Shown: positions 41,166-51,677 of the stretch, piece by piece
Layout: each line of letters opens with the position of its first letter
How positions within the stretch are numbered: position 1 is the first letter of the stretch
Assembly (NCBI GenBank): GCA_023135165.1
Contig: JAGLTS010000060.1
Location: forward strand, 166-64,165
Reading direction: 5' to 3'
Source of the DNA: Phycisphaerales bacterium
GTDB lineage: Bacteria; Planctomycetota; Phycisphaerae; Phycisphaerales; JAGLTS01
DNA length: 64,000 nt
Translations under genes and position numbers: made by a program
The notes under the pieces: generated by a model
What the model was told of the DNA's origin: nothing
Database searches by the model: none
What the model saw: the letters and a program-made list of their open reading frames with translations, nothing else

Positions 41166-43163
41166 ATGGCTGATACGGCCAGGCTCCTGCGCCTGCTGGA
41201 GCCCCTGATGCCGCAGAAGGTTGCCAGATGGCGCGCGACCTGGGAGGTGGCGGATCCCGAGCTTCGCTCGCTCATCGAACGACACATCAGCTCAGTCGCA
41301 CGGCGCAGATTCGGCGATGTGGAAAAGAGCATCCTGCTTTCCTTGCCGCCGAAGTCGCTCTCTCGCGGGAAGTTCAACCTTGGCGATGTCGTCTACTGCA
41401 ATGTGAAGTGGCCCTTTGGCCTGTCGGCGGAGGAGCTCATGCAGAACGTCGCCATCTTTGGCCGGTCGGGCGCTGGAAAGACCAACGTCGCTTTCCATCT
41501 TCTCGAGCAGCTCACCGAGCGCCGCGTTCCCTGGCTCATGCTTGACTGGAAGAGGACGGGCAGGCACCTGATCCCCAGGATCTCTCGCCGTATCGATGTC
41601 TTTACGCCGGGAAGATCGCTTTCACCATTTCACTTCAACCCGTTCATCGCTCCACCGGGGCTGGAAGAGCGCGTCTACCTGCATCAGGTCGTGGATGTTC
41701 TCGGTGATGCCTTCACACTAGGCGATGGCTCTCGCAGCATCCTTCATCGCGTACTCAACACCTGCTACGAGCAGGGGAGACACGCCCCGACTGTTGCTGA
41801 TCTTCTCGAAGAGTTGGACAAGATCCCTGCCAAGCAGCGTGAGCACGGCTGGAAGATATCGGCTCGGCGCGCCCTTGAGAGCCTGAATCTCTCTGGCATT
41901 GTCTCGAAGGATGCTGCAGCCCAGGAGGAGTTTGCCGCCAGCTTGCTGAGCAGAAACACCGTGGTGGAGCTGGATGGCCTCTCTGACGGCGCCAAGAAGT
42001 TCCTCGTTCCCATACTCTGCCTCTGGCTGTACTCTGCAAGGCTAGGAGCTTCAGATCGTGAGCGACTCCGCTTTGTCATCCTGATCGAAGAGGCTCACCA
42101 CGTCCTCTACCGACAGGAGCGGCGGTCCAAAGAGTCGCTCATGAACAGCTTGATCCGGCAGTTCCGCGAACTGGGTGTTGGTACGGTGATTGTGGATCAG
42201 CATCCGCACCTCATCAGTTCGGCCGCAGTGGGCAACACCTACACCAGCATCTGTCTGAACCTGAAGGATCCGACTGACATCAACAAAGCTGCTGGACTGT
42301 CGCTGCTCGACGAGGATGAGAAGAGATGCCTGACCACATTGCCTGTGGGGCAGGCGATCGTGAAGCTCCAGGACCGGTGGAGGCGGCCATTCCTCGTGCA
42401 GATCCCCCACGTCGCCTTCAGTAAGGGCGCGATGACTGATCCGCGCCTACGTGCCCTCCTTAGGCGGTACAAGGCGCATTCTGACCGGAGACCGGCTCTG
42501 GGGCCGGAATTCCGGCGCGTTCGGCAGGGTCGGTTGGACGATCGAAGCTTAAGTGAGGAAGAAGTGTCGCTGATCGAGGATGCGCAGCAACACCCAGATG
42601 ATGGTGTTCGAGCCAGGTACGAACGCTTGGGCTTGAGTGCAGAGAAGGGCACGAGGTCGAAGGAGGACTTGCTGGACCTTGGCTGGCTGGAGTCGGAGAT
42701 GGTGCCATTGGGCAGGACGCGCCGGCTCATGCTCAGGCTGACGAAGCCAGCGCGTGAAGCGCTCGGGATCCCCTCCCGGGGGGTCTTCCGCGAGTCGATT
42801 GCACATGCTTACTGGAAGCGGTGGTATGCCCGCTGGTACCGGGAGCGAGGATACGCAGTCCAAGTTGAGGCCCCCCGAGTCGGGGGGAGGGTGGACGTTC
42901 TGGCTGAGAAGGACGGTGAGCGGATCGGCATCGAGATCGAGACAGGGAAGTCAGACGTGGTTGCCAACGTGCGGAACTGCCTAGCGGAAGGGTTTGACCG
43001 AGTCATCGTTGTTGTGACACGCGGAGATCGCACACTCCGCATTTCAGACGAGATTCGAGAACTCTCGTCCCCATCTGTTGCCAAGGTCCGGGTCATCCCG
43101 GCGGGCACGCATTGGACGCCTGGTCCTTATCCGTGCGCTGCTCGCGATAGCCACGGATGTTGA
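41166..43163 (+). CDS. HerA/FtsK/VirD4-like ATPase fused to a winged helix and a PD-(D/E)XK nuclease-like domain
   Basis: GRSGAGKT, LDWK, ILIEEAHH and RELG..IVDQHP; C-terminal GRVDVLAEKDGERIGIEIE. Confidence 0.82.
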   Translation: MADTARLLRLLEPLMPQKVARWRATWEVADPELRSLIERHISSVARRRFGDVEKSILLSLPPKSLSRGKFNLGDVVYCNVKWPFGLSAEELMQNVAIFGRSGAGKTNVAFHLLEQLTERRVPWLMLDWKRTGRHLIPRISRRIDVFTPGRSLSPFHFNPFIAPPGLEERVYLHQVVDVLGDAFTLGDGSRSILHRVLNTCYEQGRHAPTVADLLEELDKIPAKQREHGWKISARRALESLNLSGIVSKDAAAQEEFAASLLSRNTVVELDGLSDGAKKFLVPILCLWLYSARLGASDRERLRFVILIEEAHHVLYRQERRSKESLMNSLIRQFRELGVGTVIVDQHPHLISSAAVGNTYTSICLNLKDPTDINKAAGLSLLDEDEKRCLTTLPVGQAIVKLQDRWRRPFLVQIPHVAFSKGAMTDPRLRALLRRYKAHSDRRPALGPEFRRVRQGRLDDRSLSEEEVSLIEDAQQHPDDGVRARYERLGLSAEKGTRSKEDLLDLGWLESEMVPLGRTRRLMLRLTKPAREALGIPSRGVFRESIAHAYWKRWYARWYRERGYAVQVEAPRVGGRVDVLAEKDGERIGIEIETGKSDVVANVRNCLAEGFDRVIVVVTRGDRTLRISDEIRELSSPSVAKVRVIPAGTHWTPGPYPCAARDSHGC

Positions 43164-43709
43164 TCCACAAGCTCCTCCTACTCAAGCCCATCGCCTACCT
43201 TGCTTCTGCGCTCGCTGCCATGGTCTTCCATGCTCGCGTAGCAATTCAGGTGCGCTCATGCCCAACCAGGACAGCAAACCCTGGAGTCAATTCCATACTG
43301 GCATGCACACTACCTAGCGTCCGTCACTTCAAACGGTCTCTGAGCACCCTGCCTGGTGGCATTGCTAAAGTATAGTCAGAACTGTATCGTACGATGATGG
43401 ATTGAGATAGAATACCCCATAGCAGCCTCAGCGAGCTGCTGCGAACATTGACTCTCGCGCTCACCCGGATACGACGTCGACGAGATGCCTGGAAAGCCAT
43501 TACCGGGTCGAATGCGGCAAGTTGATCAACAGAGAGATGTCGAGCATCCAGCGGGCTGATCGCGTGTGACAGAGAGTATGACGAGACGCGTCGAATGATC
43601 GGTGGAGTTGCGCGATCACGTACGGCCTCACGCCCATTCCTCATAGGCACACGTAGAGACGGCTTCTGGGATGAAATCCAATGCATCTAGAAGCAACTGA
43701 CAAGCCGTT

Positions 43710-45155
43710 TCATTCACCGACACGATTCGTGGACCACGAGACTAAGTAACTCACATCCTCCGGGGAGGGTTCGAGGATCCAGCTGCACATGCACGATTTA
43801 CCCAGCTGCTCTTTCCAGACCCTGCACCTCGCATGGGTCCTCGATCCGACTTTGTCAACGAACTCCATCGCCACATCGTATAATCGGCTCTCTGGGTAAT
43901 ACAGCACGACCGTAAGCAGTTCTGTCTTCATGCGTCCAACTGGTGAGAAGACAAGCTCACGCAGTGTCTTCTCTTTCCACCTCGCCCTGTACGTGAGGCA
44001 GACTGATACCGTTCCTGAGGTCTTGACAAGTATCTTGCCCAGATTCACCTGGGCGCTCACGGACTGACCTCGGGAGGTCAGCTTTTGTCCATTGCTTTCG
44101 CACGCAACTGCGGTTGTGCACTTGAGTTCTTCGATGCGTGCTCCCGACACGGCAAGCTCGAACCGTGTTGTCTTCGGCAGATAACGACTGCATAAGACAA
44201 ACCGCTCGACGACGAGCGGGAGTTCATTCGGGTCGTGAGCGTAGATCACAGTGACATTGCGAGCAACAACATCATATTTGCCGCGTCTCTGCAATGCCAA
44301 TTCGTTGACTCTCTCCTTATCGTCCGGATGGATCTCGAACACATGTGGTAGTGAGCGAGGCTCATCTTTGCCAACAGAACGGTATTTGAAACCGACGAGC
44401 GCAGCGCGATGATCGCTAGTGACGTCTGTATTAGACATGGCGATCAGTGTTTGCACATATTTCGCTTGCGTAGGGGTTCTTGGACAGCACTGCAACCAAA
44501 TCGCGTCGCACTTATCTGAGAAGAGCCAGTCCGTTATGGCGTTTCGTGCTTTCCACACCTCTCGATTCTCTGTGTACTGCTTGGTCTTCAAGTCCATACA
44601 CAATTGCGGTGCGCGTCTGCCACTTGCGTCCAGCATATCCGCGAGCCGAAACAGTCCGGCCAGACTCGGAGGAAAGACGACTTGGCCGTCAAATGAGCGA
44701 GATTCCTTGAGATTCGCGAAGTTACCATCGTCGTGACACTGAATCAGCGTGGCAATGAGTTCGCGATACTCAGCGTGTCTTATCAACTTGGCGAAGGCTT
44801 CATAGTCTCTGATCCATTCTGCGGCCTGGCGGCCATGAGGGAGACCGGTCCGAAGGAACGAATCGTCTGCTAGTTCCACCTTATCAATATCGTGCAAGGC
44901 GGCAGCGGCAGAGAGAACATACGCCGCGGCTGGGCAGCATGCCTCCTCAATCTTAGCTTGCTTGAACAACCTGCCAATATTGCGTTCGACTCGCTGGCAA
45001 TGCTCCCGACCCTGTTCGGTCTTGCCCTTCTGAAATGGCTGCAGTTCGCGCGCCCAAGACCATATCGTGTCAAGAGTCGCGCCAGCAACGTCTTGAACCT
45101 CACGAGCCCGGTCGCGCAGAAACTGACTGTGCAAATCGCCTGTGATCGTACGCAC
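43710..45155 (-). CDS. HD-domain protein with a C-terminal beta-rich domain
   Basis: EHCQRV, AALHDIDK, PHG, QCHD and RLADMLD. Confidence 0.78.
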   Translation of the reverse strand: MRTITGDLHSQFLRDRAREVQDVAGATLDTIWSWARELQPFQKGKTEQGREHCQRVERNIGRLFKQAKIEEACCPAAAYVLSAAAALHDIDKVELADDSFLRTGLPHGRQAAEWIRDYEAFAKLIRHAEYRELIATLIQCHDDGNFANLKESRSFDGQVVFPPSLAGLFRLADMLDASGRRAPQLCMDLKTKQYTENREVWKARNAITDWLFSDKCDAIWLQCCPRTPTQAKYVQTLIAMSNTDVTSDHRAALVGFKYRSVGKDEPRSLPHVFEIHPDDKERVNELALQRRGKYDVVARNVTVIYAHDPNELPLVVERFVLCSRYLPKTTRFELAVSGARIEELKCTTAVACESNGQKLTSRGQSVSAQVNLGKILVKTSGTVSVCLTYRARWKEKTLRELVFSPVGRMKTELLTVVLYYPESRLYDVAMEFVDKVGSRTHARCRVWKEQLGKSCMCSWILEPSPEDVSYLVSWSTNRVGE

Positions 45156-45189
45156 TCCTTGAGAGGCAGAGAGGCATCAGCACAAGCCC

Positions 45190-46320
45190 CTATATGGCCT
45201 GGGCGTAACCAGCCTCCGCCGGGCGTATCAAGCGCGAGTAGTGGGCACTACTATCGAGAATCATCTGTCGATTGGCAGGGCTATATGCCGCGACGCCCCA
45301 TGCGTTCTCCAGCTTTTCAAGTTGATCCAGCATCTCCGCCACAGGAGCATCTGCCAGGAAGATATCACGCTCCTTGCCACCGGATGATGCGAATATGTCT
45401 AGTGCTTTGATGCCGAGGCGGCCGAACGCGAGCGCTAGCAATGCAGGAACGAGCGAGCTCGTTCCCCAGCAGCAGTAGCGTGCAGCACGGACGGCGTGGC
45501 GATCGCCGTTGAAACTGATAGGAGCGCCGCCTGCCGTCTTCAGAGATCGAAGAACCTCTACGTCAGTGATACTATCACCGATGTAGGCACAGTGTCGCAT
45601 CGTCGTGCCCGATCGACTTGCGGCGTGCCGCAGTGCCATGGCCTTATAATCGCCACCCATCGCGCGCACACATCCGAGGATGGAGCGCGCGGACAGTGAT
45701 CGATTAGGAAGCTCGTGCCAGATGAGTCGCTCTAAACGGTGGATATGTTGGCGTGTTGACTGGGACAATCGTTGTTCAGAGGCCTCCATCGCATCAGCAC
45801 CAAGGGAGGGCAGTGGACCCGACGACAGGATACCGCGAGCAACGTGACGGACGCGAGAGGACTCGCCTTGGGACATCCTGATCGGTTCCCTAGGAATATC
45901 GGTGCAGTAGACATGTGACAAGGGAACGCCGACGGCATTTGCCACACGTAGCGCGATTGGACGATAGGTGACAGTGATTTCATACACTGGCAGGCCAGCA
46001 GAGGCAATGTGCGAAACCGCATCGGCGGCGTCATCAATGAGAGTTAATGGTTTCGTTGCTGCCCAGGCCGAAAACCAGTCTTCCGTAAACCCGTAGGCGT
46101 AGAGAAATGGCTGGATGAGCCGTAGCGTGTCGCCTGCGTTGTAGTCAGGCCGTCGATAGACGTAAGCGATATAATCGTCGAAGCGGCTAAGTGTAGTAAA
46201 CAAGGTATCCCCGTCTGGAATGACAGCACTCGCAAGTTCCTTAGCGTTGTCATTGACGACGGTTGTGCCTTCGCAATCTGTTCCCACGACGGCTGGGACT
46301 GGTTCGATCAGAGTGTCCAC
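45190..46320 (-). CDS. HAD-superfamily hydrolase (EhaR/COG4030-like)
   Basis: TDCEG...NDNA.EL, SRFDD, YNAGDTL.LI.PFL, YIGDSITD and ISFNG. Confidence 0.8.
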   Translation of the reverse strand: MDTLIEPVPAVVGTDCEGTTVVNDNAKELASAVIPDGDTLFTTLSRFDDYIAYVYRRPDYNAGDTLRLIQPFLYAYGFTEDWFSAWAATKPLTLIDDAADAVSHIASAGLPVYEITVTYRPIALRVANAVGVPLSHVYCTDIPREPIRMSQGESSRVRHVARGILSSGPLPSLGADAMEASEQRLSQSTRQHIHRLERLIWHELPNRSLSARSILGCVRAMGGDYKAMALRHAASRSGTTMRHCAYIGDSITDVEVLRSLKTAGGAPISFNGDRHAVRAARYCCWGTSSLVPALLALAFGRLGIKALDIFASSGGKERDIFLADAPVAEMLDQLEKLENAWGVAAYSPANRQMILDSSAHYSRLIRPAEAGYAQAI

Positions 46321-46810
46321 GGCGGCACCTCTGGGTTAGAAACATATATGGTTGTGTTCCGGCAGGCAGGCTCGTCGAATCGATCTGACGACGGAAAACC
46401 AAACTGTACGGGCGGGGGCGTAGTCGCGCGGCGATTGGCGGGCGCTGGGTTTGAATCATTGGATCTGGCGATCGTGCCGAATAGGCGGTGGGGTGGTGGG
46501 GGCGATCGCGGGGAGGAGAATGGAGAGGACAGGCAGCGGGGTAAATGAATGATGATGGTTGCTGTTGGCTGACTGACGTGTGGTACCGGCAGTGCAGGCA
46601 AGGGTGGAGCAGCGTGAGGATGGACGCTGTCGATGCGCGATCTCAGAGTACCTCCAATGCTGACGATGTCGTAGAGGAGGTGCATGGCTGTTGGGCATGG
46701 CCGCCGAAGCAAGATAGCATCTCCTCCGAATACTACTGTCACCATAAGGGCCCGAGGTGACAGATGTTAATAAACCCATCGACGACTAGGGGAACAGTGA
46801 CAGTCGTTGT

Positions 46811-47020
46811 CTACTGCTCCAGGAACTCTCGAAGGTCTTGGGCGGAAACTCTCCATTCTGTTCGTAGTCCCTTGATCCGGACCTTTAGGGCTGGCAGACG
46901 GCCGCTTCTCACCCATCGGGCCGCAGTTTCGTAGGATACATCCGCGCGCTGTGCCACGTCGCGTAATGACAACCGCGGATCGTGGTCGGTATCTGTTCGG
47001 GGCACTACATCAACTCGCAT
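46811..47020 (-). CDS. Excisionase-like HTH DNA-binding protein
   Basis: LSLRDVAQRADVSYETAARWVRSGRLPALK..WRVSAQDLREFL. Start uncertain. Confidence 0.75.
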   Translation of the reverse strand: MRVDVVPRTDTDHDPRLSLRDVAQRADVSYETAARWVRSGRLPALKVRIKGLRTEWRVSAQDLREFLEQ

Positions 47021-47450
47021 GTGACAATGAACTACTACAACATGTGACAGTATATGACATCGGCAGTGCCTGTCAATCTGTGTCAAGAGCATCAGTGCGA
47101 AACAGCAGTGCGACTGCGGGTGACTGGCCCAGAGCCCGCAGGTCGGAGAGGGGCTTGTGCGGCCTTGCTGGATCAAAGCAAGTGGTTGAGCTGCGAGAGG
47201 AAGATAGGAGTATGTTAGGCCACACGGCAAGTGCCGCTGTCCGGAGTGTGACAACGACAAGTGGGAGTGGCTTGGGGCAGTCCAAGTCAGCGTTCAGGGA
47301 CTTGAACAGTATCTCCTGGTGCGTTATCGATGTCGGAGGTGCGGCACCGAGTTTCTCGTGGAGGAGGCCAGCTGGAACTTGCCTGGAGATGTGACTAACG
47401 TCGTCGATGAGGTTGGCTGGGCGGGGCGATAGTACGCTCGGGATTCCAAC

Positions 47451-47774
47451 ATGGCTAGAGTATCCGCTCATTCGAAACGACGCTGCCCGCACTGCGGCAG
47501 CAGCCATTGGGTGTGGCTCGGTGCGGTCCCAACGACTCCTGAGGAGCTCGAGAAGTACCTGTTGACTCGGTACCGCTGCCAGAACTGTGGCCAAGAGTTC
47601 CTCGCGGAGGAGGCGAAGCGGGTGAGACTGGCCACAGAGACCAGTCGCTGTATCCACTGTGCAAGCAAGAAGATACAGAGGACGTCCAAGCCGGGGGCTG
47701 ACCTGGAGATCTACCAATGCCAGCAATGCCACGGGTACATGGCCCGAAAGCCCGATTCCAGCGATCCTGGCTAA
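47451..47774 (+). CDS. Double zinc-ribbon protein
   Basis: CPHC, CQNC, CIHC and CQQC. Confidence 0.65.
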   Translation: MARVSAHSKRRCPHCGSSHWVWLGAVPTTPEELEKYLLTRYRCQNCGQEFLAEEAKRVRLATETSRCIHCASKKIQRTSKPGADLEIYQCQQCHGYMARKPDSSDPG

Positions 47775-48006
47775 TGACCGACAGGCGAGTTGACGAGTGC
47801 CTGGGCAGGATGTGCGGTTTACCGTTGACCCAGGGGAGTGGCGACGGATAGACTTGTTCCAGACATTTGGAGATTGTCTGGGTCCGGCGTAGGTCACCAG
47901 ACGCGTCGCTGTTGGCGGCGTGCCCCGGCAACGCCCAAGGGCTGACTCGCACCAGGTGATGGTGTGTGTTGGCCCGTTATTTTTATAAACACAGCATCAC
48001 CAGTGC

Positions 48007-48951
48007 GTGCAGATGAAGCTCATGCCGAAGGGCGCACGCATGAAGGCACGGCGCAAGACCACGCCTGAACCGCAGGAATGCAGGTTGTCGCAGACACCCG
48101 TTGGGCAGTTCCATCGTGAGTGTTGCGCTTCTTCCGTCGTCGTGACGAAGTGGGGAGACCTCGACCCGTTGCTCGTTGGGATCGCGGCGCTGTGCACCCG
48201 ATTGGATCTCTCCACGAGGCAGCGTAATCAAGGTGCGAATGTCGAAGCAGGTGAGTTCCGGAAACTGCTGCAGGAGGCAGTCGATACTCTTCCTGGTACT
48301 TGTTGCGACTCAGATCGTATCCACGAGTTTGCGGCGCTGTTGGTGAGATTGATCTGCGACTCCGCCGCCGACAGTGACTCTGAGGGGAGTGAGTTCTTCA
48401 GCGAGGATCTAGGCGTTCGAGAGGACACCGTCTGGATCGAATGGAACATCAAGAGCAGACTGGACAAGCAGACCGATGTTGGGGCTCACAGAATCCCGCG
48501 CAAGCGGCTCGACGAATGGCTGCGTGCCCGACGCAGTGGGCTTGAACTCATCGTGGATGAGCGGCTTTCACATCTGGAAGTCCGACCGTCGTTCGAGCGA
48601 GCAGGCCGCAGGAGGCAGCTAATCCGCGTCATCTGGCCATCGCTTTCGTCCTCGCATAAGCGTTTGCTTGGCCTCCTCCTCCAGTCGTTCCGAACGCTGG
48701 CACCCATTCAGCAAGAGACGATCAGTGAGTACGTCCTCGGTCAGGACCAGAAGATCCCAGCTCTACTCCGACGCCCGGCAATCTACAAGGTCAAGAGCGA
48801 GCTGAACCAAACGCTGTTTGGCTTCCTCGGTGATGTCGTTGAGGCCGAGAAGGGCATGCAGCAGTACCTAGTCGCGCGCGTTCCTCGCTACGTCTGGATC
48901 AAACCGAGCCAGAGCGAATCGCGCCTCCTTCGGTCAGCGAGGCAGCGGTAG
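48007..48951 (+). CDS. Hypothetical protein, possible C-terminal winged helix
   Basis: Long ORF with RLLGLLL..ETISEYVLG..IYKVKSELN. Start uncertain. Confidence 0.55.
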   Translation: MQMKLMPKGARMKARRKTTPEPQECRLSQTPVGQFHRECCASSVVVTKWGDLDPLLVGIAALCTRLDLSTRQRNQGANVEAGEFRKLLQEAVDTLPGTCCDSDRIHEFAALLVRLICDSAADSDSEGSEFFSEDLGVREDTVWIEWNIKSRLDKQTDVGAHRIPRKRLDEWLRARRSGLELIVDERLSHLEVRPSFERAGRRRQLIRVIWPSLSSSHKRLLGLLLQSFRTLAPIQQETISEYVLGQDQKIPALLRRPAIYKVKSELNQTLFGFLGDVVEAEKGMQQYLVARVPRYVWIKPSQSESRLLRSARQR

Positions 48952-49254
48952 CGTGACTGTCGCAGTTGACATCCACCGTCGAGATCACAGAAGGCGGACA
49001 TGCCTACTCCAAGACGCAGCACCGGCCTCCTCGAAACGTCCGGGTATCTTGCCCCCCACTTCTGGGCGCTTCTCACCCCTTTGTGCACCGTCATCGCCGA
49101 CGAATGCGGCAAGACCCCAGAAGCTTGGAGAAAGATCGCTCAAGTTACCAGATTCACCTTGATGATCCCGCAAATCCAAGGCTTATACGTGTTGCCATGC
49201 CGGATGAAGCGTTTATCCGGCCCAGTCGACACCCCAATTAAGAGGAGCAGAACA

Positions 49255-49683
49255 ATGTCGACACGTAAGAGCTCGAAGAGCACCCCGCGAAAGAAGACAC
49301 CCAACCTCACCACGCGAAAGCGCACTGCGAAGAAGTCACCGTCTCGAAAGTCAACCGCCAAGACGACGACCGCGAAGAAAAAGACGGCAAGTAAGAAGAA
49401 GCCGCAACGACCTCGTCGACAGACTTCCGGTCCGTCGACGAGCAAGGACAAGCGTCTGGGAGTTCTCGCTGCTGCTGAGCAGGTGCTGCGGAGGAGCAAG
49501 ACGCCGATGCGTTGCAGGGAGATCATCGCCGCGATCCTCAAGCAGTCGCTATGGACGACCTCGGGCAAGACGCCGGAGGCCACGCTTCACGCCGCCATTA
49601 TCCGAGAGATTGCGAACAAGGGAAAGGACTCCCGGTTCGAGAAGACGGGTCGTGGGCTGTTCCGCGTGAAGAAGGGAGCGTAG
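49255..49683 (+). CDS. HARE-type winged HTH with a histone-H1-like basic tail
   Basis: K/T/S-rich N-terminus, then AAEQVL..PMRCREII..LW..GKTPEATL.AAI.REI..RFEKTGRGLF. GAGGAG RBS. Confidence 0.85.
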   Translation: MSTRKSSKSTPRKKTPNLTTRKRTAKKSPSRKSTAKTTTAKKKTASKKKPQRPRRQTSGPSTSKDKRLGVLAAAEQVLRRSKTPMRCREIIAAILKQSLWTTSGKTPEATLHAAIIREIANKGKDSRFEKTGRGLFRVKKGA

Positions 49684-49705
49684 ATCAGCATTGGCTGTCT
49701 CACCT

Positions 49706-49734
49706 GCCTCGGCATTGGCCGGGGCTTTCTCGTT
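49706..49734 (+). terminator. Putative intrinsic terminator
   Basis: GCCTCGGC-ATTG-GCCGGGGC hairpin followed by TTTCTCGTT. Confidence 0.55.
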
Positions 49735-49989
49735 CGAGGGCCTTGAACAGCCTGCAACGTCCAATGTCAATGATGCGGATTATGAAGAACTCGAACAGGC
49801 ACTCGACGAAGACCCGATTCCCACGGCACCAGACAGTCTCGGCCCGAAAGCCTCGGCGTGAACGGGCAAGATGATTGGCAAGGCCGCCAGCGGCATCTGG
49901 GAGGCGGGCATCGCAGGCGCTGGAGCGCTGCAAGCCAAAGCGCTCGCCAAGTATTATGCTCTGGAGGGGCTGATGGCAGGAGCGCGACG

Positions 49990-50229
49990 GTGAATCAGCG
50001 ATGTGCCTACTACCGCGTTGAGACCAAGCAGCTAGAAAGCAACCGGATTCGGCCAGATCGACAACGGCCGGCTCCCCAGATCATCAGATGCCCTTGGTGT
50101 TCACACAAGCACTCACCCGTCCATCGAGATGACACGAGGGTTGTCGGCGGTGGCAATCTGCTCAAGTGCGAAGGCGATTGCCCAGCGAAGTGCCCGCTGA
50201 CGCCCGAGCAACTCGCGGGTGCTTCTTGA
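49990..50229 (+). CDS. Small Cys-rich protein
   Basis: GTG after AGGAG; CPWC and C..DCP.KCP. Confidence 0.45.
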   Translation: MNQRCAYYRVETKQLESNRIRPDRQRPAPQIIRCPWCSHKHSPVHRDDTRVVGGGNLLKCEGDCPAKCPLTPEQLAGAS

Positions 50230-50245
50230 TGGTGGAGGAGCCACG

Positions 50246-50473
50246 GTGGAAGACTTGAAGTTTGTTCGGCTCATTTCGTGCAAAGGGGCATCGGATCAGG
50301 CGGTCTTTCTGACCAAGGAGGAATACGAGAACCTCATCAAGCGTTTTGATGACGGGGAAGGGCGTGTCGCAATCCGCTATCAACGAACACCCGAAGATCG
50401 ACAAGTACATTACTTGCGGATAGATCTGCGAGAATGGGGCATCGACAGCGAGAACGACATGCCTGCCGATTGA
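50246..50473 (+). CDS. Small hypothetical protein
   Basis: GGAGGAG RBS followed by GTG. Confidence 0.55.
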   Translation: MEDLKFVRLISCKGASDQAVFLTKEEYENLIKRFDDGEGRVAIRYQRTPEDRQVHYLRIDLREWGIDSENDMPAD

Positions 50474-50973
50474 CGCTTGACCCCGTGGGAGCAGCTCATC
50501 TAAGGGGATTCCTGTCGAATATCGACCGCAACGGGGCGGACGCGCTGGCCAAGCTGCCATTCGAGCCAAGGGCCAGGTTTCACAGGCGCAAAGTCAGGGC
50601 TCGCTCCGGCGACTCCTGCCACTCGCTGCGGTATTGCTCCGTCGGTGATTCGGGTTCTAGGTAGCCGCCCGTGAGCATGAGGAAGTACGGCGTCGCCGTC
50701 TTGGTTGCCCAAGCAATGCCTACGAGACGGTTTTCTCCTTATAAGTGCTGCGACTTGGACGTCTTACGGATGAACAAAGAAAGGTACTTACCGGGGTAGC
50801 TCTGGGGGTATATCCCTCCGTCACGATGGGTCCGTCTTCAGGGGCCGAAGCCATGTCACCTGGAGGCAGAGAGGACCTCTTCGTTGACATCGTCGTCCCC
50901 AACTCGATCCAGCCACCTCAGCGCTGTCCGTCGCATGCAGGCTTCGGCAACCCAGCAGGAAGAGCAGTAGGCC

Positions 50974-51150
50974 ATGGCCTGGAAGCACGACATCATGCAG
51001 TTGTCCGCTGATGTGCTCCGTTTTGTCTCTCGGGGTGCGATGCTCATCGCCGTGATCGCTCTCTCTCTAGCTGGGACCTACGTGATCGTGAAGCTTGCCT
51101 TTTTCGCTGCGCGTTTTCTGGACCGAACACTCTTTGCAGAACCGTGGTGA
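50974..51150 (+). CDS. 58-aa membrane peptide
   Basis: MAWKHDIMQLSADVLRFVSRGAMLIAVIALSLAGTYVIVKLAFFAARFLDRTLFAEPW. Below the ORF-track cutoff; stops 2 nt before the next ATG. Confidence 0.6.
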   Translation: MAWKHDIMQLSADVLRFVSRGAMLIAVIALSLAGTYVIVKLAFFAARFLDRTLFAEPW

Positions 51151-51152
51151 CC

Positions 51153-51677
51153 ATGGATGCCTACGACGACAACCAGTTGGATTCGCAGCAGCGACCGCGT
51201 GTACTTCGGCGCGTCGTGCGGGTCACTGTCGCCGAGGATCCGGAGACCGGCCTGCCAATGGTTATCCCGGTGGAGCACGAGCGTCTCGCCTTCGCCACCG
51301 ATGGCGCTCTGGAAACCACTCTCGTTCACCATCAGCGATTCTACAAATGTGGCTGCGACACCAGGAACCCTCCGGGGAGCCGCTGCGTCGAGTGCGGCGG
51401 CGTCTCCTGCGCCCGCTGCCAGGAGCGCTTCGGCCGCTGCTGTCTCTGCCTCTCGCCGGTCTGCCCGGAGCACGCCAAGCTTCTCTCTCTCGGTGGCCAA
51501 CGACAACAGGTCGTCTGCCGACAGTGTCTTGATGCCATTCAGAGACGTCGGCGTTTGAAGGGGCTGGTTCGCACAGCCCTCTCGCCCTTCATCCGTTTCA
51601 CCCCCACGACCCCCACCTCCACGACCCCCAAGAGATCCGCCTCGAGTTTTCCTGGGAGTCAACGAGGTACGCCATGA
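51153..51677 (+). CDS. Multi-Cys zinc-finger protein
   Basis: CGC, CVEC, CARC, CCLC, CPEH and CRQC. Overlaps the ATPase start by ATGA. Confidence 0.75.
   Translation: MDAYDDNQLDSQQRPRVLRRVVRVTVAEDPETGLPMVIPVEHERLAFATDGALETTLVHHQRFYKCGCDTRNPPGSRCVECGGVSCARCQERFGRCCLCLSPVCPEHAKLLSLGGQRQQVVCRQCLDAIQRRRRLKGLVRTALSPFIRFTPTTPTSTTPKRSASSFPGSQRGTP

Noticed and set aside
45190..46320. Energy-converting hydrogenase function
   Set aside because: Only a family resemblance to EhaR; the motifs are HAD-type and no hydrogenase subunits are present.
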